Positions 26,786-34,425 of a stretch of DNA of 34,984 nt are shown here, one piece after another. This DNA comes from a virus. Taxonomy: Duplodnaviria > Caudoviricetes. The notes below the pieces were generated by a model, which was not told the DNA's origin, did not search any database, and was given only the letters and a program-made list of their open reading frames with translations. The stretch lies in IMG/VR virus record IMGVR_UViG_3300027764_000002, positions 1 through 34,984 of that record. One strand, 5' to 3'. The stretch's first letter is position 1. Every line of letters starts with the position of its first letter. Made by a program: the position numbers and the translations under genes.

Positions 26786-29122
26786 ATGAATGTATCAGTA
26801 TTTAAAGATTTATTTAAGTCCCAGGATGTACCCTTTATTGTACCTATTGAAAAAATTATCAAAAGGATACAGCAGGGCACTTCTAAAGATTTAATAAATA
26901 GAATACGTACAGCAGAAACAAAGGAGTTAAGAAACGCCATTAAAACGCAGCTTCCCTCTATTTTGTTTGCTGGAGAGTTTTCGGAACGTAATTCCAAATC
27001 ACTTGTTAAACATTCAGGTTTAATGGTTGTTGATTTTGATAAGTACGAGAATGACGATGTAATGTTGGACCACATGAAGCTGTTAAAACAAAACCCGCAT
27101 TTCTTACTTCTTTTCATTTCGCCTTCCGGTAATGGAATTAAAGGTGTTGTTAAGATACCACAAGCCACAAAGGAAACGCACCCTAAAATATTCAAAGCAT
27201 TTCAAAAGGAATTTAATTTCGATTACTTCGATATTTCCAACTGTAATGTTGACCGCGTTTGTTTTGAAAGCTACGATCCAAATATTTATGTGAATTATAA
27301 TGCTACGGTATTTGACACTAAAATAATTGATGAAGGATTTGAGATAAAAGAAAAGGCTCCATTGGTCCCAATAAACGATGAAGATAAGATTATCGAAAAG
27401 ATAATGGCTTTTAATTGGGGCAAAGATTTTAAAGATGGAGAGCGCAACGCTTATATATTTGATTTAGCAGGTGCGTTCTGCGAGTATGGAATTAATGAAG
27501 GCAATGCAGAGGGTTATATTTTAAATAATGTAGTCATAGGTGACTTTACAGAAAGAGAGGCTAAAACCACTATTAAAAGCGCATACAGATTGCGACAGTT
27601 TAATAGCAAGTTCTTTGAAGATTATAATAAAATCAAAGCTATTAAGATTGATTTAAAAAATGGCAAAGATGAAGTAATCAAAAAATACGGCATTCAGGAG
27701 GATGTTTACAATGAATTAAAGGAAGAAGAAACCCACGAAGATTTTTGGAATATTGATAAGAAAGGAAGTGTAAAGATTGAGCCTTTGAAATACAAGTTGT
27801 TCCTGGAGCGTAACGGATTTAAAAAACACTATCCTAACGATACTCAAAAACCTACGTGGGTGCTTATAAACTCAAATAAAGTAAAAACAACATCGGTAGA
27901 AGTAATCAAAGATTTTGTACTCGATTACTTAATGGCAAAAAAAGAGTTTACAGTTTGGAACTATTGCGCTGGTTATGAAAATCTTTTTAGTGAAAAATAT
28001 CTTTTAATGTTAGAAAGTATTGATTTAGCAATTTTAGCAGATACAAAAGATAAATCATACATACCATATCAAAACGGGGTGTTAGAAGTTACCAAAGACG
28101 AATTTAAGTTAATAGACTTCATTGATATAGGATACTATATTTGGAACGACCACATTTTAGAACGTGACTTTATAGAGATTGAGGAATTTGAAAACGATTA
28201 CCAAAGATTTGTAAACAACATATCCAATAACGAGCCATTTGCAGTTGAATGTGTACTTGGTTACTTGTTATCAACTTACAAAAATCGTTCAAATAACAAA
28301 GCTGTAATACTCAACGACGAGGTTATAAGTGATAACCCGGAAGGAGGTACCGGAAAAGGTGTGTTTGTTCAAGGTGTTGCTCAAATTAGAAAAACAAGCA
28401 TTATCGATGGTAAGTTATTCGATGGTAAAAAGTCATTCGCTTATCAAACTGTTTCACTCGACACAAAGATTTTAGTATTTGACGATGTAGCCAAAGGTTT
28501 TTCATTTGAGGAAAAGTTTAGTTTAGTTACGGAGGGGTTAACCCTGGAGCGTAAAAATAAAGATGCGATTAAACTAAACGTACACGATAGTCCAAAACTT
28601 ATAATCTCAACTAACTACGCAATTAAAGGCGAAGGGAACAGCCACGACAGACGAAGATTTGAAGTTGAAATAGCGCAATACTACGGAAGTAAACTAACTC
28701 CAGAGGATGAGTTCGGAAGGCAGTTGTTTGACGATTGGGATTTGATTGATTTTCAAAAGTTCGATAATTATATGGTTGACTGTTTACAGAAATTCTTAAA
28801 GAACGGATTGGTTAAGCAAAACGCTAAAAATATCAAAATGCGAAAATTCATTGCAGAAACTTGTATGGAGTTTTACGAATGGATCCACGAACCTGATAAC
28901 TGTTTAAGAAATGAAAGAGTTGACAAACAAGCAGCGTTCAACAATTTCACGAATGAGTACAAAGATTTCCAAAAATTCTTAACTCGTAAGAAGTTTAATA
29001 TTTGGGTACAAAAGTATTGCAAGTTTATCGATGTTGAATACTTAAACGGAAACAGCAACGGAATGCAATGGTTTACGATTAAGACTGGGGAATTAGTAGA
29101 AGTTAACGATATAGATTTTTAG
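26786..29122 (+). CDS. Primase-helicase (VirE-N/BT4734-like primase, PriCT domain, SF3-type helicase)
   Basis: HSGLMVVDFD, FISPSGNGIK, DR.CFESYDP, GERNAYIF, P-loop GGTGKG, LVFDD, STNY, RRFE. Confidence 0.88.
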   Translation: MNVSVFKDLFKSQDVPFIVPIEKIIKRIQQGTSKDLINRIRTAETKELRNAIKTQLPSILFAGEFSERNSKSLVKHSGLMVVDFDKYENDDVMLDHMKLLKQNPHFLLLFISPSGNGIKGVVKIPQATKETHPKIFKAFQKEFNFDYFDISNCNVDRVCFESYDPNIYVNYNATVFDTKIIDEGFEIKEKAPLVPINDEDKIIEKIMAFNWGKDFKDGERNAYIFDLAGAFCEYGINEGNAEGYILNNVVIGDFTEREAKTTIKSAYRLRQFNSKFFEDYNKIKAIKIDLKNGKDEVIKKYGIQEDVYNELKEEETHEDFWNIDKKGSVKIEPLKYKLFLERNGFKKHYPNDTQKPTWVLINSNKVKTTSVEVIKDFVLDYLMAKKEFTVWNYCAGYENLFSEKYLLMLESIDLAILADTKDKSYIPYQNGVLEVTKDEFKLIDFIDIGYYIWNDHILERDFIEIEEFENDYQRFVNNISNNEPFAVECVLGYLLSTYKNRSNNKAVILNDEVISDNPEGGTGKGVFVQGVAQIRKTSIIDGKLFDGKKSFAYQTVSLDTKILVFDDVAKGFSFEEKFSLVTEGLTLERKNKDAIKLNVHDSPKLIISTNYAIKGEGNSHDRRRFEVEIAQYYGSKLTPEDEFGRQLFDDWDLIDFQKFDNYMVDCLQKFLKNGLVKQNAKNIKMRKFIAETCMEFYEWIHEPDNCLRNERVDKQAAFNNFTNEYKDFQKFLTRKKFNIWVQKYCKFIDVEYLNGNSNGMQWFTIKTGELVEVNDIDF

Positions 29123-29125
29123 ATT

Positions 29126-29227
29126 ATGGAATTAAGAAAATATCAAATAAGATTAGCTAAAGATGCTGCTCAAATATTGCAAACCAAACACATTGTTTAC
29201 CTGGCGATGGAAGTGAGATTATTTTAA
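29126..29227 (+). pseudogene. Orphaned 5' stub of the SF2 helicase (33 aa)
   Basis: MELRKYQIRLAKDAAQILQTKHIVYLAMEVR-LF-stop; 22 of 31 aa identical to the N-terminus of 29836..31101. Confidence 0.88.
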
Positions 29228-29231
29228 TAAT

Positions 29232-29365
29232 AAGTAGTTTATATCACTACTTATTTGTATATTTGTGTTATAGGAGTGGTCGCCTAATTAAGAATTTATA
29301 AAATTCCAACACCGATAAAGACGACCACCTTTTGAAGTGTTGGTTTTTACTTATATGAAAGTTTG
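29232..29365 (+). repeat. HNH leader module copy 1 (inverted repeat, promoter, structured RNA)
   Basis: Differs from 31102..31236 by 6 substitutions and 1 indel. Confidence 0.92.
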
Positions 29366-29849
29366 GAAAACAGTTAAGGATTTTGAAAATTATGAAGTTT
29401 CTAATTATGGAAACGTAAGAAGTAATCATTATTCTAAAGTTAGAATTTTAAAACAAGAAAATGCAAAAGGTTATTTAAGAGTTTCTTTATCTAAAGGCAA
29501 TACAGTTTACAGATTTCAAGTTCATAGATTGGTTACTTTACATTTTATTTTTAATAATGAAGATAAACCTTGTGTTAATCATATAGATGGAAACAAATTT
29601 AATAATAATGTTTCTAATTTAGAATGGTGTACTTATTCAGAAAACGAAAGACATTCTTATGATATTTTAGGTAAAGTAAATCCAATAAGAAAACTAAACG
29701 AAAGTGAAGTTTTAGATATTAGAAAAAACTGTATCAAAGGTGTAAATCATAATAACAGAGGAAATGTTTTAGATTTTATGGTAAAGTATAAAGTAGATAA
29801 AAAAACAGTTTTAAACGTATTAAATAAAAAATATTATGGAGTTACGTAA
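29355..29849 (+). CDS. NUMOD4-HNH homing endonuclease
   Basis: WKTVKDFENYEVSNYGNVRS (NUMOD4), VHRLV, VNHIDGNKFNNNVSNLEWCT..EN..H; start ATG 29355. Confidence 0.92.
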   Translation: MKVWKTVKDFENYEVSNYGNVRSNHYSKVRILKQENAKGYLRVSLSKGNTVYRFQVHRLVTLHFIFNNEDKPCVNHIDGNKFNNNVSNLEWCTYSENERHSYDILGKVNPIRKLNESEVLDIRKNCIKGVNHNNRGNVLDFMVKYKVDKKTVLNVLNKKYYGVT

Positions 29850-31101
29850 ATATCAAGTTAGGTTATCTAATGAAGCTACTGAAATCTTACAAAGAAAACA
29901 TTTAGTTTATATCGCAATGGAGGTACGTTGTGGCAAAACATTAACCGCTTTGCAAACTGCTGAAAACTACGGTGCTAAAAATGTATTATTCCTAACTAAA
30001 ATTAGAGCGTTTTCTTCCATTCAAAGTGATTACGATGCTATGAATTACAGCTTTAAAATAACCATCGCTAATGATGAGAGTTTGCATAAGATAACAGGCG
30101 ATTTTGATTTAGTCATTCACGATGAACACCATCGCTTCGGAGCGTACCCAAAGCCAAACACAACAGCAAAGTTATTTAAAAAGATGTTTGGCGATTTGCC
30201 TATGATTTTTTTAAGTGGCACTCCAACTGCGGAAGGTCATTCACAATGGTATCATCAATTTTGGGTGAGTAATCATTCGCCTTTTAAACAGGCTAACTTT
30301 TACAAATGGGCGAATGATTACGTTGATGTTGAAATAAGAAATCTAGGTTATGCTAAAGTGAATGATTATAGCAAGGCACGTAAAAAAGACTTTTGGCACC
30401 ACATAAGATATTACATTTTGACTTTAACACAAGTTGAAGCTGGATTTGAAACACAAGTATTTGAGAATATACTTTATTGCGATTTGCACCCCAACACGCA
30501 TAAGGTCATTGAAAGACTGCAAAGCGATTTAGTAGTAACCAACAAAGAAGGTCAAACGATTTTAGCGGATACATCGGTAAAGTTACAACAGAAGTTGCAC
30601 CAGTTATATTCCGGAACATGCAAGTTTGAGGATGGGAGCAGTAAGGTAATTGATTTGAGTAAAGCGATGTTTATAGCGGATAAGTTCAAAGGTCAAAAGA
30701 TTGCAATATTTTACAAGTTTGTTGAGGAATACAACGCTTTAAAATTGATTTTAAAAAGTAGTGTTACTAACGACTTAAACGAGTTTAACACCACCGATAA
30801 AAGCATCGCATTACAAATTGTATCGGGTAGGGAAGGTATAAGTTTAAGCAAAGCGAAGTATTTGATTTACTACAATATTGATTTTTCAGCTATTAGTTAT
30901 TGGCAAAGCAGAGATAGGCTTACTACAATGGACCGTAAGTCAAACGATGTGTACTGGATATTTTCAGAGGGAGGAATAGAGAGCAAAATTTACGCATCGG
31001 TGCAAAAGAAAAAAGATTACACAAACGATTTGTTCCGTAGAGATTTCGGGTTAAAAAAACAAAAGGAAACTAATAAAAGAAAATTAATTTTTAATAAATA
31101 A
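29836..31101 (+). CDS. SF2 (DExH/SNF2-like) helicase
   Basis: Q-motif LRKYQ, Walker A CGKT, IHDEHH, LSGTP, GREGISL, YWQSRDR. Confidence 0.88.
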   Translation: MELRKYQVRLSNEATEILQRKHLVYIAMEVRCGKTLTALQTAENYGAKNVLFLTKIRAFSSIQSDYDAMNYSFKITIANDESLHKITGDFDLVIHDEHHRFGAYPKPNTTAKLFKKMFGDLPMIFLSGTPTAEGHSQWYHQFWVSNHSPFKQANFYKWANDYVDVEIRNLGYAKVNDYSKARKKDFWHHIRYYILTLTQVEAGFETQVFENILYCDLHPNTHKVIERLQSDLVVTNKEGQTILADTSVKLQQKLHQLYSGTCKFEDGSSKVIDLSKAMFIADKFKGQKIAIFYKFVEEYNALKLILKSSVTNDLNEFNTTDKSIALQIVSGREGISLSKAKYLIYYNIDFSAISYWQSRDRLTTMDRKSNDVYWIFSEGGIESKIYASVQKKKDYTNDLFRRDFGLKKQKETNKRKLIFNK

Positions 31102-31236
31102 AAGTAGTTTATATCACTACTTATTTGTATATTTGTGTTATAGGAGTGGTAGCCTAATTAAGAATTTATATAAATTCCAACGCAGATAAAGACTACCACC
31201 TTTTGAAGCGTTGGTTTTTACTTTTATGAAAGTTTG
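31102..31236 (+). repeat. HNH leader module copy 2
   Basis: Near-identical to 29232..29365, with compensatory substitutions. Confidence 0.92.
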
Positions 31237-31726
31237 TTCAATATGTAGTTTAGAAAAAGAGATGTCATTATTTTATAAAAACATTCTTTTTAAAGATGGA
31301 TATTTTAAATACTGCAAAAAATGCCATAAAGAAAAAGCGACTATTTTTCAAAAAGAAAAATTAAGGTCAAGAGATGAAAAATTAATTTTTTTAAAAGGAG
31401 AGTTTTTTATTGAACATTTCAATACAGGTCTTCTTTGTTCAAATTATGGAAGAATTTTTTACAATGGAAATTCAAGACAGAAGCATTTTTTAAAACAAAC
31501 AAAAATGAAAAATGGATATTTCTGTATTTCTTTTAATAGTAAGCATATTTATGTTCATAGATTAATCGCTGAGTCAATGATAAAAAACACTAAAAATAAA
31601 ACTCACGTTAATCACATTGATGAAAATAAGTTAAATAATAAATCGTATAATTTAGAGTGGTGTACTCATTTAGAGAATATAGCTCATTCTGTAAGATTAA
31701 GAAAATTACATAAACAGATATGTTAG
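31226..31726 (+). CDS. HNH endonuclease with an N-terminal Cys4 zinc finger
   Basis: CSIC...DG....CKKC, then SNYGRI, YVHRLIA, VNHIDENKLNN...NLEWCT..EN..H; start ATG 31226. Confidence 0.9.
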   Translation: MKVCSICSLEKEMSLFYKNILFKDGYFKYCKKCHKEKATIFQKEKLRSRDEKLIFLKGEFFIEHFNTGLLCSNYGRIFYNGNSRQKHFLKQTKMKNGYFCISFNSKHIYVHRLIAESMIKNTKNKTHVNHIDENKLNNKSYNLEWCTHLENIAHSVRLRKLHKQIC

Positions 31727-31977
31727 AAAGCAAAATACAAGCCAAAATAATAGCGCAGTTACAAAAAGAGGGATGGCTTTGTGTAAAACTTATTAAGACA
31801 AATTTAAACGGTATTCCCGATCTCGTTTGTTTCCGGAATGGCGAAACGATGTTTATAGAAGTAAAGCAGGAAAAAGGCAAATTATCAACGTTACAAAAAT
31901 ACAGACATGATGAAATTAAAAAGCAAGGATTTGAAGTCAAAGTTTGGGACGGATACGGTCAAGACTTTCAAGAGTAA
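31720..31977 (+). CDS. VRR-NUC domain nuclease (putative Holliday junction resolvase)
   Basis: LESKIQ, GIPDL, FIEVK...G.LS.LQ PD-(D/E)xK motif. Confidence 0.9.
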   Translation: MLESKIQAKIIAQLQKEGWLCVKLIKTNLNGIPDLVCFRNGETMFIEVKQEKGKLSTLQKYRHDEIKKQGFEVKVWDGYGQDFQE

Positions 31978-32107
31978 AAGCAATCGGGATTTTAGGCTTT
32001 CGGGATGCGAGAAAAAGGAAAATGATTACGAGGTTACAATCTTTTGGCTTGACACCTTAAAATTTGAGAAACTACCATTTGATAAAATAGAACCTTATTT
32101 ATTATGA
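31907..32107 (+). CDS. Hypothetical protein (start uncertain)
   Basis: Fills the gap to 32104 with an ATGA overlap, but overlaps VRR-NUC by 71 nt. Confidence 0.45.
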   Translation: MMKLKSKDLKSKFGTDTVKTFKSKSNRDFRLSGCEKKENDYEVTIFWLDTLKFEKLPFDKIEPYLL

Positions 32108-32457
32108 ATATACAAGAGAGAATAAAAGAAATTAATAGCACTTTATTACAATACAATTACAACGACCAGGATATAATTTCCTTTTGGGATGAATGTATAA
32201 AAACTGCTAATGATAAGCAGCAACTTTTTACGGATGAATTTAAGACTTCTATAAATGGTAAAAAATTAGCTGACAAACTAAACAAACTTTTTGGTTTACA
32301 ATTATTACCAAAGATTAAGCGAAACATTAAAAACGATATTAAGTTTTTGATGCTGGATGAGTTCGGTAAGGTTTACGAGTTTAAAGGAATTGTTTTAGAT
32401 TTTTTAGACAACGACATTACCGTTGAATTAGACAACTCAACCTTTAGCCTTTATTAA
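32104..32457 (+). CDS. Hypothetical protein (117 aa)
   Basis: Clean ORF within the operon. Confidence 0.65.
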   Translation: MNIQERIKEINSTLLQYNYNDQDIISFWDECIKTANDKQQLFTDEFKTSINGKKLADKLNKLFGLQLLPKIKRNIKNDIKFLMLDEFGKVYEFKGIVLDFLDNDITVELDNSTFSLY

Positions 32458-32459
32458 CT

Positions 32460-32651
32460 ATGAACCAACACAAAATGTATCGTTGCATTAGGCTTATGGA
32501 GTTCCTCCAGGACAAGCCGAGAAATATGCATACAATCGGAAGGTATTTAAACGTAAGCAATAGAACAGTTTACCGATACCTTAAACTTTACGAAGCACTT
32601 GGATACGCAGTAACGAAAGACAGATTTGATAAAATACAATTAGTAAAATGA
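32460..32651 (+). CDS. Winged helix-turn-helix DNA-binding protein (HTH_11-like)
   Basis: IGRYLNVSNRTVYRYLKLYEALGY. Confidence 0.8.
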   Translation: MNQHKMYRCIRLMEFLQDKPRNMHTIGRYLNVSNRTVYRYLKLYEALGYAVTKDRFDKIQLVK

Positions 32652-32947
32652 AAAAAAATTATTCGACTTCTTCTCTAACAGATGAATTTGGAATTTCAAA
32701 TGTTAATGATAACATTAAATTGGGGTTGATAAAAGTTTGTGTTGAACCTGGATGCGAAAGTTTATATCATAATTGCCCATTTGAAGTAAAACGATGTGAG
32801 TTTTGTGGCGGATCAATTAAAATGATAAATCAAGAAACTTATTTTAAAAAGTTTTCAGATAGATTTTTTCAATATAATCAACCAACAGGAGAGTATTTAA
32901 GACCTCAAAAAATCAAATCACAATACAAATTGGATATTGATTGTTAA
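32648..32947 (+). CDS. Cys-rich (zinc-binding) hypothetical protein
   Basis: C....C...HNC.....CEFC pattern. Confidence 0.6.
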   Translation: MKKNYSTSSLTDEFGISNVNDNIKLGLIKVCVEPGCESLYHNCPFEVKRCEFCGGSIKMINQETYFKKFSDRFFQYNQPTGEYLRPQKIKSQYKLDIDC

Positions 32948-33049
32948 AAAACTGAATTAAGTAACTTATAAGTTACCAATCATTTAAACATAAACCCTAA
33001 AAAATAGGGTTTTAATTGACATTAAAAGTAATAACTAAAAACAAATAAT

Positions 33050-33463
33050 ATGACTGCAGTAGAATGGTTAGAAGAAGAATTAAAAACAAGGTATGGTTTA
33101 ACTCCAACATCTATTTTATTATTTAGAGATGCAAAAGAATTAGAAAAGCAACAGATAATTGATGCTCATGGAAATAAAACTAAAAAATCAGGTGGTATAT
33201 CAAATAGTACATATACTTTAACTGGAGTAGAATATTACAAAGAAACATTTAAAAACAAAGAAACTATGACACCAAAAGAAAAAGCAATAGAGTTAGTTGA
33301 TAAGTTTAAACTAAGCACAGGTGCAAATACCAAAATAAATATTTATGTAGCCAAACAATGTGCATTAATAGCAGTTGATGAGATATTAAAAGTATCATTA
33401 AGTTATGCTGGAAAAGATTATGATTTTTATTTAGAAGTTAAACAAGAAATAGAAAATCTTTAA
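33050..33463 (+). CDS. Two-module hypothetical protein (137 aa; internal start at 33266 possible)
   Basis: MTAVEWL..EKQQIIDA module joined in frame to a MTPKEKAIEL module. Confidence 0.7.
   Translation: MTAVEWLEEELKTRYGLTPTSILLFRDAKELEKQQIIDAHGNKTKKSGGISNSTYTLTGVEYYKETFKNKETMTPKEKAIELVDKFKLSTGANTKINIYVAKQCALIAVDEILKVSLSYAGKDYDFYLEVKQEIENL
33137..33240 (+). repeat. 104-bp dispersed direct repeat, copy 2
   Basis: Matches 23336..23439. Confidence 0.9.
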
Positions 33464-33464
33464 T

Positions 33465-33503
33465 AAAAAAAGCCTCTACATTACGCAGAGGCTTTTTCTT
33501 TTT
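33465..33503. terminator. Bidirectional intrinsic terminator where the two arms converge
   Basis: A7-GCCTCT-loop-AGAGGC-T5 between convergent genes. Confidence 0.88.
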
Positions 33504-34212
33504 AATTTGCTAACCATTGATAGGTTAAACCACTTTTAGGCATTACCATATTTAATCCCGTAGCTAATCTAGTGGTTACACTTGAACTGCTACTTGTACC
33601 TAAACGTAAACCGTAAGGCGAATATAAATTCCAATTTCCGTTACCTAAAGATAAGTTATTAAATACCGTTGTGTATGGACTTGCATTAGGTCGAGTAGTT
33701 TGCAACCCTCTCAAGCCTATTTGAGAACCTCTAGTGGAATTAATCGCTTGACCTGTGCAATTATCGCCAAACATAATTTGAAGCGTTGTACCGTTAGCTT
33801 TTAATATCATTTGAAATGTAAACCTAACAAGCGGAGCTGTTACAAAAGCTACATCCGTAAACTCAAAAACCATATCGCCATTATCATTTTGACCGTAACT
33901 AATTTCGGGAGTTCCAACACTCGATGCAATGATTTGATTTCCTAAACCACTAAACACATAGTCAGATGGCATTTCACTTGAAGATATTGGACTAAAGATT
34001 GTTGCTTTAGCTGGGGCTGAACCGAAAGCAATAAATCCATTGTTAGATAAAAATACTTTACTTTGTGGAATACCACCGTAAAGAGTAAAATTAAATGGTA
34101 ATGTTATCTCACTTGAAATAGCATCGGTGCTGATTTGTGTTCCGCTTTGGAATACCGTTTTGTTTGTTAGTGGTACATAAGTACCGTTACCTACTGAAAA
34201 ATTGTAATTCAT
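33502..34212 (-). CDS. Beta-rich protein resembling extracellular domains of Bacteroidota secreted proteins (236 aa)
   Basis: GTYVPLT...DAISSEITLPFNFTLYG...VFLSNNGFIAFG...TFQMIL pattern; no signal peptide. Confidence 0.55.
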   Translation of the reverse strand: MNYNFSVGNGTYVPLTNKTVFQSGTQISTDAISSEITLPFNFTLYGGIPQSKVFLSNNGFIAFGSAPAKATIFSPISSSEMPSDYVFSGLGNQIIASSVGTPEISYGQNDNGDMVFEFTDVAFVTAPLVRFTFQMILKANGTTLQIMFGDNCTGQAINSTRGSQIGLRGLQTTRPNASPYTTVFNNLSLGNGNWNLYSPYGLRLGTSSSSSVTTRLATGLNMVMPKSGLTYQWLAN

Positions 34213-34230
34213 TTTTTTATTTTTTAATTG

Positions 34231-34425
34231 TTACTTTTTGATAAAAACATAATCATTTTTATACTCATTTGGGATTTTAAGTATTTGCTTAACTCTCCAA
34301 ACACCATTGCAAAACTCTGAATTAGTAGGTTTTTCAACTTTTGCAACATTTACAATACTATTTTCGTACTGGCGCAACTCTATAAAGTTGGTATTTTCTT
34401 TTAAGTTTACGTGTGAAATTCTCAT
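34231..34425 (-). CDS. Hypothetical protein (64 aa)
   Basis: ATGA overlap with the spanin-like gene. Confidence 0.55.
   Translation of the reverse strand: MRISHVNLKENTNFIELRQYENSIVNVAKVEKPTNSEFCNGVWRVKQILKIPNEYKNDYVFIKK

Larger units (their letters stand above)
29219..29928 (+). mobile_element. Putative homing-endonuclease cassette (leader, HNH gene, replacement helicase 5' end)
   Basis: Flanked by two versions of the first 31 helicase codons; breakpoint at AMEVR|xGKT. Confidence 0.7.

Noticed and set aside
29266-29849. IscB/OMEGA (HEARO-type) RNA-guided nuclease
   Set aside because: The proteins are about 165-aa NUMOD4/zinc-finger HNH enzymes without RuvC or PLMP motifs, the RNA is much shorter, and a third copy precedes a non-nuclease gene
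29219-29928. Group I intron, intein or ribosomal bypass in the helicase
   Set aside because: No intron core visible, in-frame stops exclude an intein, no matching take-off/landing codons, and the downstream ORF is already complete with its own ATG
23336-33240. Diversity-generating retroelement TR/VR pair
   Set aside because: Mismatches are not adenine-specific (C/T, T/A, C/T, T/C, A/T, C/G), both copies are coding, and no reverse transcriptase is present
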